Below, in pieces: positions 23,701 through 35,600 of a stretch of DNA of 64,000 bases; position 1 is the first letter of the stretch, and every line of letters begins with the position of its first letter. This DNA is from Lepidodermella squamata. Its lineage: Eukaryota; Animalia; Gastrotricha. The position numbers were made by a program, and so were the translations under genes. The stretch spans positions 1,860,001 to 1,924,000 of the forward strand of contig JBLDXI010000032.1 in NCBI GenBank assembly GCA_047495785.1, read 5' to 3'. The notes beneath the pieces were generated by a model. The model did not search any database. It worked only from the letters and a program-made list of their open reading frames with translations, and had not been told where the DNA came from.

Positions 23701-26700
23701 TTCAGGCGAGGATTCTTCCCAAGCTCAGGGGGTTCTGCACAGAGAGCCCAAATTGGCATGCGTCTCGAAGCTGTGGACTTAGTTTACCCCCATTTAATCG
23801 CAGTTGCTCGTATCGACGAGATAGCCCTAGATGGAAGATGGCTGATCAAATTCGATGGTTGGGGATCCAGGTTTGATTACTGGGCAGAGCCGACAGCTGA
23901 ACATTTGTTTCCATGCGGTTTTATGGAGTATGCCGGGAAATATCCTGATGTTATGAAAAAGTTGTGTGAAGTGAGAAAGCAGAACATTACAACTCAACTG
24001 CAGCGTCCTAAAAGCACAGATTATTCGCAAAGCCCCTTCCCTTGGCTGCAGTATTTCAGCGTCGTTAAAGAAGAGCGAGATGGAGAGCCAATAATTGCTC
24101 AAGCGGTGCCTTTGCACCTGTTCGGAAAATCGCATTTGTTGGGATTTGACAAGGATCCGAACTGTAATCAATACATGAACGTGGGAGGACATAGTCCGAC
24201 TTTGACCAGCTTGTTGTGCGACCAGGTTGCGAAATCTTTGTCAGCTGATGAAGAAGCTATCAACTATCGCGTGTTCCAGCATCTTGCGCTCCCTGCTGAT
24301 ATCGACTGGTCGCTGCTAGCTTGGCCTTCACGAGCGCAGTTGCTCGACTCGAAGAAAACATACCCACACTTTTTATGCGCCTGGCCGGACTTCGTGCATT
24401 TTGTCAACGAGCCTGGCAAGTTCGAAGATAACACCCCGGAATCGTCGGGCATGACTTTGGCTCTCGCAAATGTTCCTTCAATAAGTGGGCTCGCTAATAT
24501 TCTGAAGAAATGGCTCCTTGAGCAGCCTCGTTATATTCCAAACGATTTCAGCCTTCTCTTCAGTAATTTGGTCAAAGATTGCCCGTATTCTTACACGTTT
24601 TTGAACAAATCCGCCCTAAAAGCAGAGTCCGATGTCAGATATATCGAGGAGTGTATGAGGCAGCGCTTACTACCTTTTCTCCTGGAATATTTGCTGATAG
24701 TCGGGAATCTTGGCATCGAAAAGGTTTCTGAGATACTGCCAAAGCGGGCAGAGGTTGTCGGCGCTTATCAGCGTGTCACACTGGCTGCTCCGGGAACCAA
24801 CAACCAGTCAACATGGGCAAGTGTTACCGCCTCACCAAAATGCCGATTGCTTAACATGGGCGAGGCTGAGAAGCGAGCCTATTTCATGAAAGACTGTCCG
24901 CGACTTCTTTGCGTTCAACATGCTTTCCATTACACCAAATTTATGGAAACTACGACGCTTGATACACAATTGAACTGGAATTCGTCTCTTCCTGCGATCG
25001 GAAATTTTCATGATAATTTTCTAACCGTGTTCGCTCTCAGCCAGAGTGATGCGAGATCTCTCAGCGAGCCATTGAATATTAAGCACCCTTATCTAATGAG
25101 ATTCGCTGGATTTTTGTCGAATTTTATTGAACAAGCTGGTATCCCATCTTTAAGCTATTTGACTGAGCTTTACTTAGCTAGAAATGAGCTGACCAGTTTA
25201 CCTGAGGCCATCTCGAACTTGGCAAACTCTCTCCGAAAGCTTGATTTGTCAAGGAATCTCTTCATTGAAATACCAAATGCTGTATTTGGCTTGAAAGCAT
25301 TGCAAATTTTGAATGTTGACTACAACCCACTGGAGAGAGTAGATGACGGGATTTCTGCTTTGACAAATTTGAAAAAGCTGTCCCTAAAGAGCAATACAGT
25401 TAAAGCTTTCCCAGACGCTTTGTGGCAGTTGACCAATCTGCAGTATCTTGATATATCCGGAATGATACGAATAGCTACAAATAGCATTCACATAGATGAG
25501 GTTGTCACATTCATGCAAAAGGCGAACTTTTCATCGGCTGCCATCGAATATTTTCTCGATGGGGCACATGACGGACAGGGTCGAGGCGATGTTGAGTCAC
25601 TTAATGAGGATTTATTCAACTTCATCCAGCGGCTCGAACTGCCTCCTGGACAGCTTTTCCCTCAGGGGATTCTCCGCCTGAAAAATTTGATTTTCTTATG
25701 CTTGGCAAATCAATCGATTAAAGAGGTCCCTGCTGAAATCCAGTCACTGTCCCAATTGTCCCATTTGGACCTATCAGGCTGCTTGAACCTAGTTAATATA
25801 TCACCATTCATCGCCAAGTGCCCTTTCACCAGATTGAACCTTAACAACTGTCCCCAGCTAAAAACCCCTCCTGAAGAAATTCGTAAGAGTTATTTCGAGC
25901 GACTAATGCAGGGCTCGGTGCAATGCCGTCGAACTAAATTGATGTTCATCGGACTGGGCGGGGCTGGCAAAACCACTCTAGCCCACGCGTTGACCAAAGG
26001 CTCGAAAACTGTATCAAAATTTGAAGTAACTGATGGCATCGATATCACCAAGTGGGAAGTTTCAGATATCGAATTTCGAATGTGGGACTTTGCTGGGCAA
26101 GTAGTTTACTACAACACTCACCAGTTTTTCATTTCAAAAAGGGCTGTTTATTTGTTGGTTTGGAATATCAGGCTTGGCCATGAACATGCGGGTCTTGACT
26201 TCTGGCTTAGTTCTATTGCCTCTCACGCCCCAGGGGCCCCAATTCTTGTCGTGGGCACGCATTGCGATGAAGTTAGTCAAGAGCGCTCCTTCCTACCAGA
26301 GGCTAATTATCGGTCTAGATTCGATTCGATTTCCGGATTCCATTATGTCAGTAGCTTCACAGGTGCTGGCGTTGAAGAATTGAAGGCAGACATCATTAAG
26401 GTGACGCTTGCACAAAAGCACATGGGAGAGGAAATACCGGCTTGCTGGCTAGCTCTCGAGGAAGCCATTTCTGGGCTAGCGGACGAAGAGCTCTTACCGA
26501 TGAAAGCTATGGTTGAGAGTGCCCGCGCAGTAGGCATTTTTTCTATCGACGAGTTGGACCAGGCATTACAGTTTTTGACCGACATGGGATCCATTCAATA
26601 CTTCCGTACCGACTTCTTGCGCGATATTATTATTATAAACCCGCAGTGGGTTGTGGATGTGATGGCTAAAATTGTTTCTGTCAAAAACACGCGTTATATT

Positions 26701-29546
26701 GACCAGGGACGCATTAGGCGCGTTGATATTCCTCATATCTGGGCGGCATATGATCAGAACCTTCATGAGTGGCTTCTGAAGCTAACTGAGGCCTTTGATT
26801 TGACTTTTCCGTTGAAAAACGAGCCTGTCTCGATAGTTCCATGCCTACTACCGGAGAATCCGCCTGAAACCATGGTTTTCCCCAGCCTTGATGAAAACCC
26901 AGGACATCGGCAAACTAAGGTTGTTTTCATGTTCAGATATCTGCCCACTGGGCTTTTCAATAGAGTTCAAGTTCGCCTGTGCCAGTTTTCGGAAGGAGCG
27001 ACAATGTGGAGGCGCGGTAGTTTGCTCAAGAAAAACCAGCATCACGCCCTACTCTCACAGCCCGATTCCACGACTGTTCAAGTCAAAGTTCAAGGCCCCT
27101 GCCCTGAGAATATCGCATTCCTTATTCTTGAAGTCGTTGACACGTTAATAACCGAGTCATTTCAAGGGGTCCAACCCGATTACCTATTCGCATGTCCCGC
27201 GTGTGTTACGATTAGGTCACCAGATCCTAGCATGTTTGAACGATCGCGAATTAGACGCGCTAACGAATTGAAGGTGCCGTTTTTGCAGTGCTTGAACTAT
27301 TTCCATTCAGTTGGAACGCAAGAGCTCCGACAGCTATTCCCAGCTGAATCTTCGGCAGAGTTCGAAACTCAATTCTTCAGGACCATGCAAGACATTACTA
27401 GTCTGCAGCAAAACATTAAGATAGATATTCTAATAATTGGATGCTCGGCTGATGCTAAGCCCGAAGAGCTGGAAAACTGCGTGTCTACACCGGACGTTGG
27501 GAAAGATATCGAGGTGCTTTTTCCTAAATTGAAGGTCGTCACAGTGCCCGATCCGGACTCTTCATCTGATGCTGTTTCGTACGACCAGCTTAATGTCATG
27601 ATTCGCCAAGCTCGTGTTGTCGTCTATTGTCTATCAGCGCCTTTTATGGAGAACGACAGATGCTTAGGCGCCTTTCTTACCGGTCGAGAATCGCTAAAGA
27701 AGCCTAACTTGGTCATTATTTTGCGGGACTTCAATCTTCAGAATTACCCTACTCTCGCATTCCAAATGACCGATGACCTCTACTACAAAGCTATCAATCG
27801 TTCTAGGTACAGTCCAGATGAGTTGAAGAACCGAATTCTAATGCCGTTGGAACTGGTTGAGGCTCAGGAAAGGACCAAGGTTACTGTCTCGAAAAAGAAG
27901 CGACCAGATGTTTTCATTTCATATTGCTGGTCCAACAGTCGCGATGCCGTAAATAAGGGCTCAAAAGCTATTCAGAAGGCTTTGGGAGTAACAGATCCAC
28001 GAGATATTAAGAAGTACCTGGCTGATCATGGCTTCAGTTGTTGGCTTGACATCGAGCAAATCGGACTTGGAGGACTTTTTCGCGATATTGCCGATGGAAT
28101 TCGCTACGCCCAGGTTGTTGTGGTTTGCGTATCGGATGAATATATAAAATCGGAAAATTGCTTACGTGAATTTCACTTCGCCACCACCAGCCTCCGTCGA
28201 CCTATCGTTCTTTGTCCTGTCGGAACGGGAATCGACTGGCAAACGTCCGAAGTTAACCTGATTGTTTGTCAATCAGCTACTACAATAAATTTCCAAGTTG
28301 ATATAAAAGAGAACTGGGAGGCTCTTATTGAATCTGTAAAGAAGCATATCAAAATGAGGGATGACGAAGCAATTGCCCAAAGCGAAGATCCCAACCAGCA
28401 TGCGCTATCTAAACTCGGTCGACGCAAGACGTTATTGAACATAGCCAATGCTGAAGCTAACAGTTCAGCGACTGAGAAATCGTTGATTTTGCATGAGGTT
28501 ATCGAACTTGGTCAAAGGAAAATGCTAAGGCAACTTAGCGGCTACAGCCAAGCGGTCGATACGAGGCCCTATCCTAGGCTCATTTTGCTCGATGCAAAGA
28601 CACTTCCGGATCCTCCGAAAGAGAAGCGGAAAAATAAAGGCAAAAGCGATGATGACGAAGGAGCGAGTGAAAATGCTGATAAGTCCAAAGAAGCAGCGCC
28701 CGAAATTAGGTTAGATCTCCGTTTTAAGATTTTTTCTATACAATTGTTCCGTTTTAAAGGGATAACGATGAGGCGAACGTGCAAGTGGTAGATGAAGCCA
28801 CCGAACCTGCTGAAAAATCTCCTGAATCTGCGGAAGCTAAGGACGATGATAAGAAAGGCGACGAAGATGAGGAGGAACGAGAGGGAGAAATAATTGAAGA
28901 TGATCCATACGAGGGGTTAGACGTAACTGATCCCTTCAATCGACTGAAATGGCAAATTAAGTTTTTGTGTGAACACGAAAGTGGCTGGCATCCAAGTGAA
29001 CACAGCATAGTAGTTACTATACGTCAATTCCAGCAGTTTGGTCTTGGTAGCCCTGGTGAAGCTTTCAGATCCGCAGCTGGCTATTTCGGACCTATGCTCA
29101 CGTTTTTAAAGCAGTCCGGTAACACCACGCTAGAGCTTTTTACTCCGAAGCAACCTGAATTAATGAATACATGTGCTGAAATTGTCGCCCAGGTTGATCA
29201 GCTGATAACTCCTGGCCAAGAAGTGTTTCAGGATAACTACGTCTCCTTCAGGCAAATGGTTATGTCTCTAGATAAACAAAATCAATGCGGCGGTCTTAGG
29301 CGCTGCTTATTGGCGATGGGGAAAGAGCTGTGGCTATGTGATGAGCATCAAGGTTCTTCAAATTATCGCGCCAAAGCTGTGGCCGCAAGTGATAATAGCG
29401 CTGGAGCAACTGCTGAACCTTCAAAAGAAGCGGCTGCTGAGATTGATTCTGCTGATACTTTGGACAATGCAAAATTAGTACCTGTGAACAGACCTCATTT
29501 AGATGCTATCAAATCCTCATATAGTCGAGCTTGTGTTGTGCAATAG
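20770..29546 (+). CDS. ROCO-1: Cys-LRR / degenerate Roc-COR / MBT / LRR / Roc / COR / TIR-like / TIR / CaaX; no kinase domain
   Basis: ATG 20770 (MKKGPQK) with three short 5' exons. MBT GMRLEAVD..FDGW..FDYW at about 23755. LRRs LxxLxLxxN. Roc motifs GLGGAGKT (25951), WDFAGQ, VGTHCD. COR IINPQW..FRYLPTGLFNR. TIR DVFISYCW..NCLREF. Intron at about 28710-28759; ends SRACVVQ*. Confidence 0.88.
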
Positions 29547-29655
29547 TTGTGCTTGCCTATTTTATTTTTTATGATGGATTAAATGACCAATGTTGATGTA
29601 GGCTTGTAATTTGATTTACTTTTTCTCTCAGTGCTCGTGTAGAGTTTTAAAAGAG

Positions 29656-32600
29656 ATGTCCGACGCGCCTAGTCGCAAGGCGAAAAATCAAGGTAGAGTT
29701 CATACATAGCCTTTTCCATTTTCAAAGTTTGAATTTCAGGCGACGGCTCCCCCGAAGTGAGCTTCAACTTGACAAGCCTTTTCTACAAGCTCTCAGACAG
29801 TTTCTCAACTCCGGCAAAATATCTGGTAAGTTTCATTAGTACCTTCCTACTATCTGCTTGACCGAAGAGTTTTCCAGAAACTTTTCGAGCAGTTTGCTGA
29901 CAAAAAGATCGAAGCTATCAACGCGAGGCAACTTGATCCCTTGACAGATGAGCTACTTTGCTTTCCTGCTATCACTACCCCGAAATTCGACTTTGTAACA
30001 ACCCTGGATATTTCTTTCACGTCTTGCGTAAGCGACACTGGAATCCGATGTATTGCTCAGTCCTTGAAAGCGCTGAGTAGCGTGAATGTGGCTGGGTGTC
30101 GCCTTCTGACGGAGAGCTCTTTGCGATGGCTTGATGTTTCAGGCGGCTCAAGGATGATGAAGTTGAATTTCGATTGGACCTCTGTTAGATACGTTCCATC
30201 ATGGACGGTTGATGCTTCACTTCGCAGTTTATCAATCGAAGGCTGTCCCCTAGTGTTGAAACCACAGAAGGTCTGGGACCCGAACTACACCCCAAAATCA
30301 ATCACCTTGGCCAAAATTGTGGTTTTGAAACCTAAAGAAATGGGCCTATCATCGATTTCGGGGCAGATCTTTCCTTGCGATGAACCTTCGTCTATCGCTG
30401 GCATTCCTTCCGTCGCTTACTGCTATAAAAGCGGTCCTTTTCGCGTTTTTGAATGTTGTGATGACGCTTGGGCTCAATTCATTCTTTCCGATAACTGCTT
30501 CGTAATCCTGCCCGTTGTTCTTGAAGAGAGAGCGTCTAGGGCTAATTTGGTAGAGTCGGTGGTTAGCCGGTTGAATTTAGTCGCATGTCTTGTTCGAAAT
30601 GTTAAATTTCTCGTTGTACCTGTTATCAAGGGGATGGCGAATACAAACTTTACACAGCTTCGCGGGGAGCTTACGGAATTGTTTAGTACGGAGACGTTTC
30701 CGACTGAAGCTAACTTCATTTCCGATGTTCGGCAATCAATTTTCAATAACTTGACGAAGACTGATGTGCAATTCACTGATTCCTATGCTGAGGTTCAAAA
30801 ATTTATCAACGCGGAATTGATTTCGCATAAAACATTACCCAACATCGCACAGCCGCTGTTTCAGGCTTTGGAAAATTCGAATTTCTTTTCGCGGCAGGAT
30901 AACGCAATGGGAACTCTGGGGGACTTCCTTGAATCATTGAGTGTTAACGATGTTGTACCAAATTGGTCATCTTTCTTAAGCCTCATGGTCGAGACTGGCA
31001 ACTGCTGGCTAGAAGCTCGAACAGCTATGTGTTCAGATTACCCTTCAGCTATCGGCCCTTCCCATTTGTACTGCCCTATAACGCAGTTTGTGCAATTAAT
31101 CTCAAGTATGGCTCAAACGGCGTCTGAGATAACTGCCAGCCCGGAAAAAAATAGCTGCTTACCCGAGGAAACTCCCTTGCTTACTGCTAGCAGTTTGCTT
31201 GGCGGTTTGGTGGATAGTTATGTGGCAAAACGGTTCATTGGGGTTTTGGAATTAAAGGGAATAGTTTTTGTGTTAAATGACTCTCCTATTTTACCTTTGT
31301 CCTTGAGGCCAGACCCTCCAGTAGATTTGAATCATTTTGTTGAGCGGAAACCAGGTGACACTGTAATTGAGTTATCTTATCCTTTATTGTGTAATTCTAG
31401 TCACACCTTTCCCGCTGTTCTCTCACTGCTGACGAAAATTTTATGCCCGACAACAGTGTGGAAAAGCGGTGCCTTTTTCTGCGAATCTTCTTTCCTCGAC
31501 GTTCTAGTCACCGCGAGTGATCGAAATTTGAATTTGAGGTTTAGCTTCGAAAGTTTTGCCTTGAAAAATGCCGCAGATGATGACCCGTTGAAGTCTTCGC
31601 TGTTAGGCTCTCTATCAATTTTGCACACTGCTTGTTGTGCAGTGCTTGCTCCGTTCGCAGCGGCTAATATTGAAAATGTGGGCACATCACACGGTATAGC
31701 TTGTATCCAGCAAACAGAGCATTGGATTGAATACAGCCGATCACTTCCTTTTTATAATCAAGGCGCTTCAAATAACTTGCGATGCCGTGACTGTTTTCTG
31801 GATTTGAAGAGTCTATGCGCGCTTCAAAAAGTGCAGCTAGTTTCGAGACCATGCAGCGACCTGATTGCAGTCGAAAGTTTGATGACTGATAAAAGCTCCG
31901 AAGATTTGCGATTTGAAGTTGCAATCTCTAACTATTATCTCGCAATTGACGAGACCGCCAAGCCTAACGACTTAGCTAGTGAACCGATTTTCGTGTATTT
32001 TGGCGATGTCAGTAACTTGAAGAAAGTGACGATTAGCCCTTCTTCTACTGAACTTTCCAGCCAATCGGAAACTGAAGCTCTTAACTTGGAATTTATTGCA
32101 GGGACGCTTATCTGCACCACGAAAGGTAAAGATGTTGGTAAAGATAGCCTTAAGCCCGTGAAGTGCGAAACCTGTCTTGTCGAGGCCTGTATCTCTTCCA
32201 ATAGGGAACTGAATGTCATTGTTTCCATAGGGGCTAAGAAGGCGTTTGAAGCTAAATTTAACAGCCCTTCACGATCAATCACATTTACAGTGGATCTCAA
32301 AGCGTCCTCTGAACCGCAATCCGCATCAAAGATGTCCCCTATTTATTTACATTGTCTAAATTCTAACGCAAGAAGTTTGTCGAAAGCTTCTTGTATTGTC
32401 GAGGGTATGGCCTTGGAGGCTGTCGATCGCAAGACACCTCATTTGGTTTGCGCCGCGCATGTCGCTAAGGTCAATACCGATGGCCGTTGGCTTATAAGAT
32501 TCGACGGTTGGTCAAACGACTTCGACTATTGGGCGAAGCCGAATTCGGCAGACCTTTTCCCTTGTGGGTTCATGGAATATCTCGCGCAGAACGAAACGGC

Positions 32601-35600
32601 TTTCGAAGAATGGAATGCTGCCAGAGGTGGGGAAATGAACCGGAATTTACAAGCGCCGCGTGACACGTCATACGGCGTTCCAATTTTTCCATGGGAAAAA
32701 TACTTTGCGGACAATAAAAAATCGAAAATCGGTGTCCCTGTACCATTTCATTTGTTCAATAAGTCACACCTTTGTGGCTACGACAACACGATGTTTTGGC
32801 GGCGCTTTCCCACTCTGACCAGCGACATTAAGACCTTGACGAACTACTGCGCGACCGCTATACCTCGCTTGTACGAAGATTCGATTGATGATTCAGGGCT
32901 TGCGGTTACGCCGGGTATGCGCCTTGAGGCTGTGGATATCAAAAACCCTGAATTGGTCAGTGTTGCCCATGTGAAAGCTGTTACTAGAGATGGCTTATGG
33001 TTGATATCTTTTGATGGCTGGGATTCAAGTTACGATTACTATATTGATCCTTCAGACCCTAAACGAATCGACCTATTTCCATGTGGCTTTATGGAATATG
33101 CGAATTCGAAACCTGGTGTTTTTGACGAGCTACTCGCCGCTTCAGGTCGCGACCTGAAGCGTGAGCTCCAGCCACCATTGGGAACAAACATTGGCAGCGA
33201 GTTTTCATGGGATACGTATCTTGGGCATATTATCAAGGGAAATGACAATGGGCCAGCTCGGCCAGTTCCTTTGAGTAAATTTTATCCATCCAAACTGTTC
33301 GGGTTTATTGTGCCCGAAAATCTTAGTTGTCACGATGCTGTTGAAGAAACGAATAATACTGAAAGTGGAACCAAGCGATTTGCTAGTTATTCATATAGCG
33401 AGATTTTCAAACAACCGCAGTTCATTCCGTTGCCAAAAATGACTAATGAATTGATGCAGTGGCCGTCTCGTATACGATTCACTAAAAAAGAGTTGACCCA
33501 TCCATATTTCATCTGTTGCTCCTGTGATCAACTTCATTTCGTGAACGAGTCTGCATTAAATCGTGGCTGTGTTTCGATCAATGCTGTTCCGCCTTTTGCA
33601 TTGGCTAATATTTTGATTACCCTACTTCAACAGTCCCGAATTGTACCTGATATCTTCGATCATGTTTTCGAGAGTGTTGATACCAAAGAAAAAGGGTCTC
33701 TCGCTGATTTTGAGAAGTCATTGAAACAAGTTGTCTTGCCTTTCTTATTGGACTATCTCACAATTCACTGCGCTTTCGTCGGGGAATCGAAATCTCGTAA
33801 AACTACCGAGAAATTGATCTATTCAATCTACGATCAAAATGAGATCAACAGTGCTAAGTCTGCAGGCGAGCTGTACCTTGCCGGTCTGAAATCAGGATGG
33901 TCAGCTGTTGAATTAGTTCAAGGCCAGGAGCATCTATTGCTTGACATGAGTATTGCCGAGCCTGAGATCTTCGGACGTGATACATTGTGTCCGAGGTTAA
34001 TTTGTGGCCAACATGCCTATCACTACGCCATGTTGAACAAAGATAGCTCAAAACCTCGTTTGACGCTCTCCGCCAAATCGCTCGGGCATTTGCACGATAT
34101 TTTTGTGACAAAATGCTCGTACAGCTCCGAGGATATCCAAAGCCTCGAGAAATCTTTGGACCAACATCACCCAGAAATAGCCCTTTTCTGCGGCACATGG
34201 TCTGAAAATTTGTTCTCAACGGGATTTTCGACTAAAAAAATTACCGAGCTGGTTTTAACTCACAATCAACTCACAGATTTGCCAAGCGGTGTTTCAGCAA
34301 TGGTTGAGACGCTGAAGTCACTCGACCTGTCATACAATCCTCTCGCTCGAATACCCAAAGTTGTTTTTCAAATGAAGTCACTTGAGAGCCTTAGGATAGA
34401 TCACGCTCCGGTAAAAGAAATCGACAATGAAATCGGTAATTTGACATCGTTACGCCGATTATCTCTGCGCTTCAATATGCTATCCGCTTTACCAGAAACT
34501 CTCAAAAGCTTAAATAGCTTGGAAAATCTTGATCTGACCGGAATGCCATTAATATTGAGTAATGACCCTGTTGATAAGGAAAGTATGATCGCCTTCGTGA
34601 AGGAAAATGACTATCCTATCGAAATTGAGCAAAAGTTGTCTAGTTTGTTTGTCAATGGCGTTAAGTCTGTTTCGAAGGATTCAGCGAATAGATTCCTGAT
34701 GAATGAAGTCCCGAGATTGAAAGCGTTCGATCTCCCTCGCTTGCCCTCAATTATTGAGTTGATCATGCCTAACCAAGGTTTCCCTTCGGTATCAGATATC
34801 CTAGGGAGGTGTACGAAGCTTCGAAAGGTTGATTTTTCAGGGTGTTTGAACCTCCAATCAATCGATTCGGCTATCGCATCTTGCCCGTTAGATTCCTTGA
34901 GCTTGGAGAATTGCCCCAACTTGACCACGCCACCTGCAGATATACGAGCAAAAGGCTTTGTAGCAACTCATGCTTATTTCAAAAGACTTGTCTCAGGATC
35001 TGTTGTATGCAAGAGATCCAAGTTGATGCTTGTCGGACTTGGGGGTGCCGGTAAGACAAGCCTACTACAAGCTTTGATGTCATCGGACGATGTAGCCATT
35101 AGTCGGGATGTAGATGTTACAGACGGTATCGACATCCAAACTTGGCGAGTCGCAACTGAGGACGACTCTTTGCTTGATCTGCGTTTGTGGGACTTCGCTG
35201 GACAGGTCGCTTACTACAACACCCATCAATTTTTCATGTCTCGCCGTGCTGTTTACGTTTTGCTATGGAACATTCGTTTAGGCCATGAGCATGCAGGGCT
35301 CGACTTCTGGCTCAGTTCTATCGCTAGCCATGCCCCTGATGCACCCGTCATTGTAGTCGGAACCCATTCGGATCTACTTCAAGGCTACCAACCTGTTTTG
35401 CCAGAGGCGAAGTACCGCCAACGTTTCCCATCCATTCGGGGTTTCTTCTACGTTAGCTCGTTGTCAGGATCGGGAATGGAGCCGCTTAGGAAGGAAATCA
35501 TTCAGGCAGCTCATTCACTAGAGGTAAATTTGAGATTTTTGCCCAGACTTCGCTAATTCTCATTTTTTGTTTATTTAGCATGTTGGTGAAGGTATGCAAC

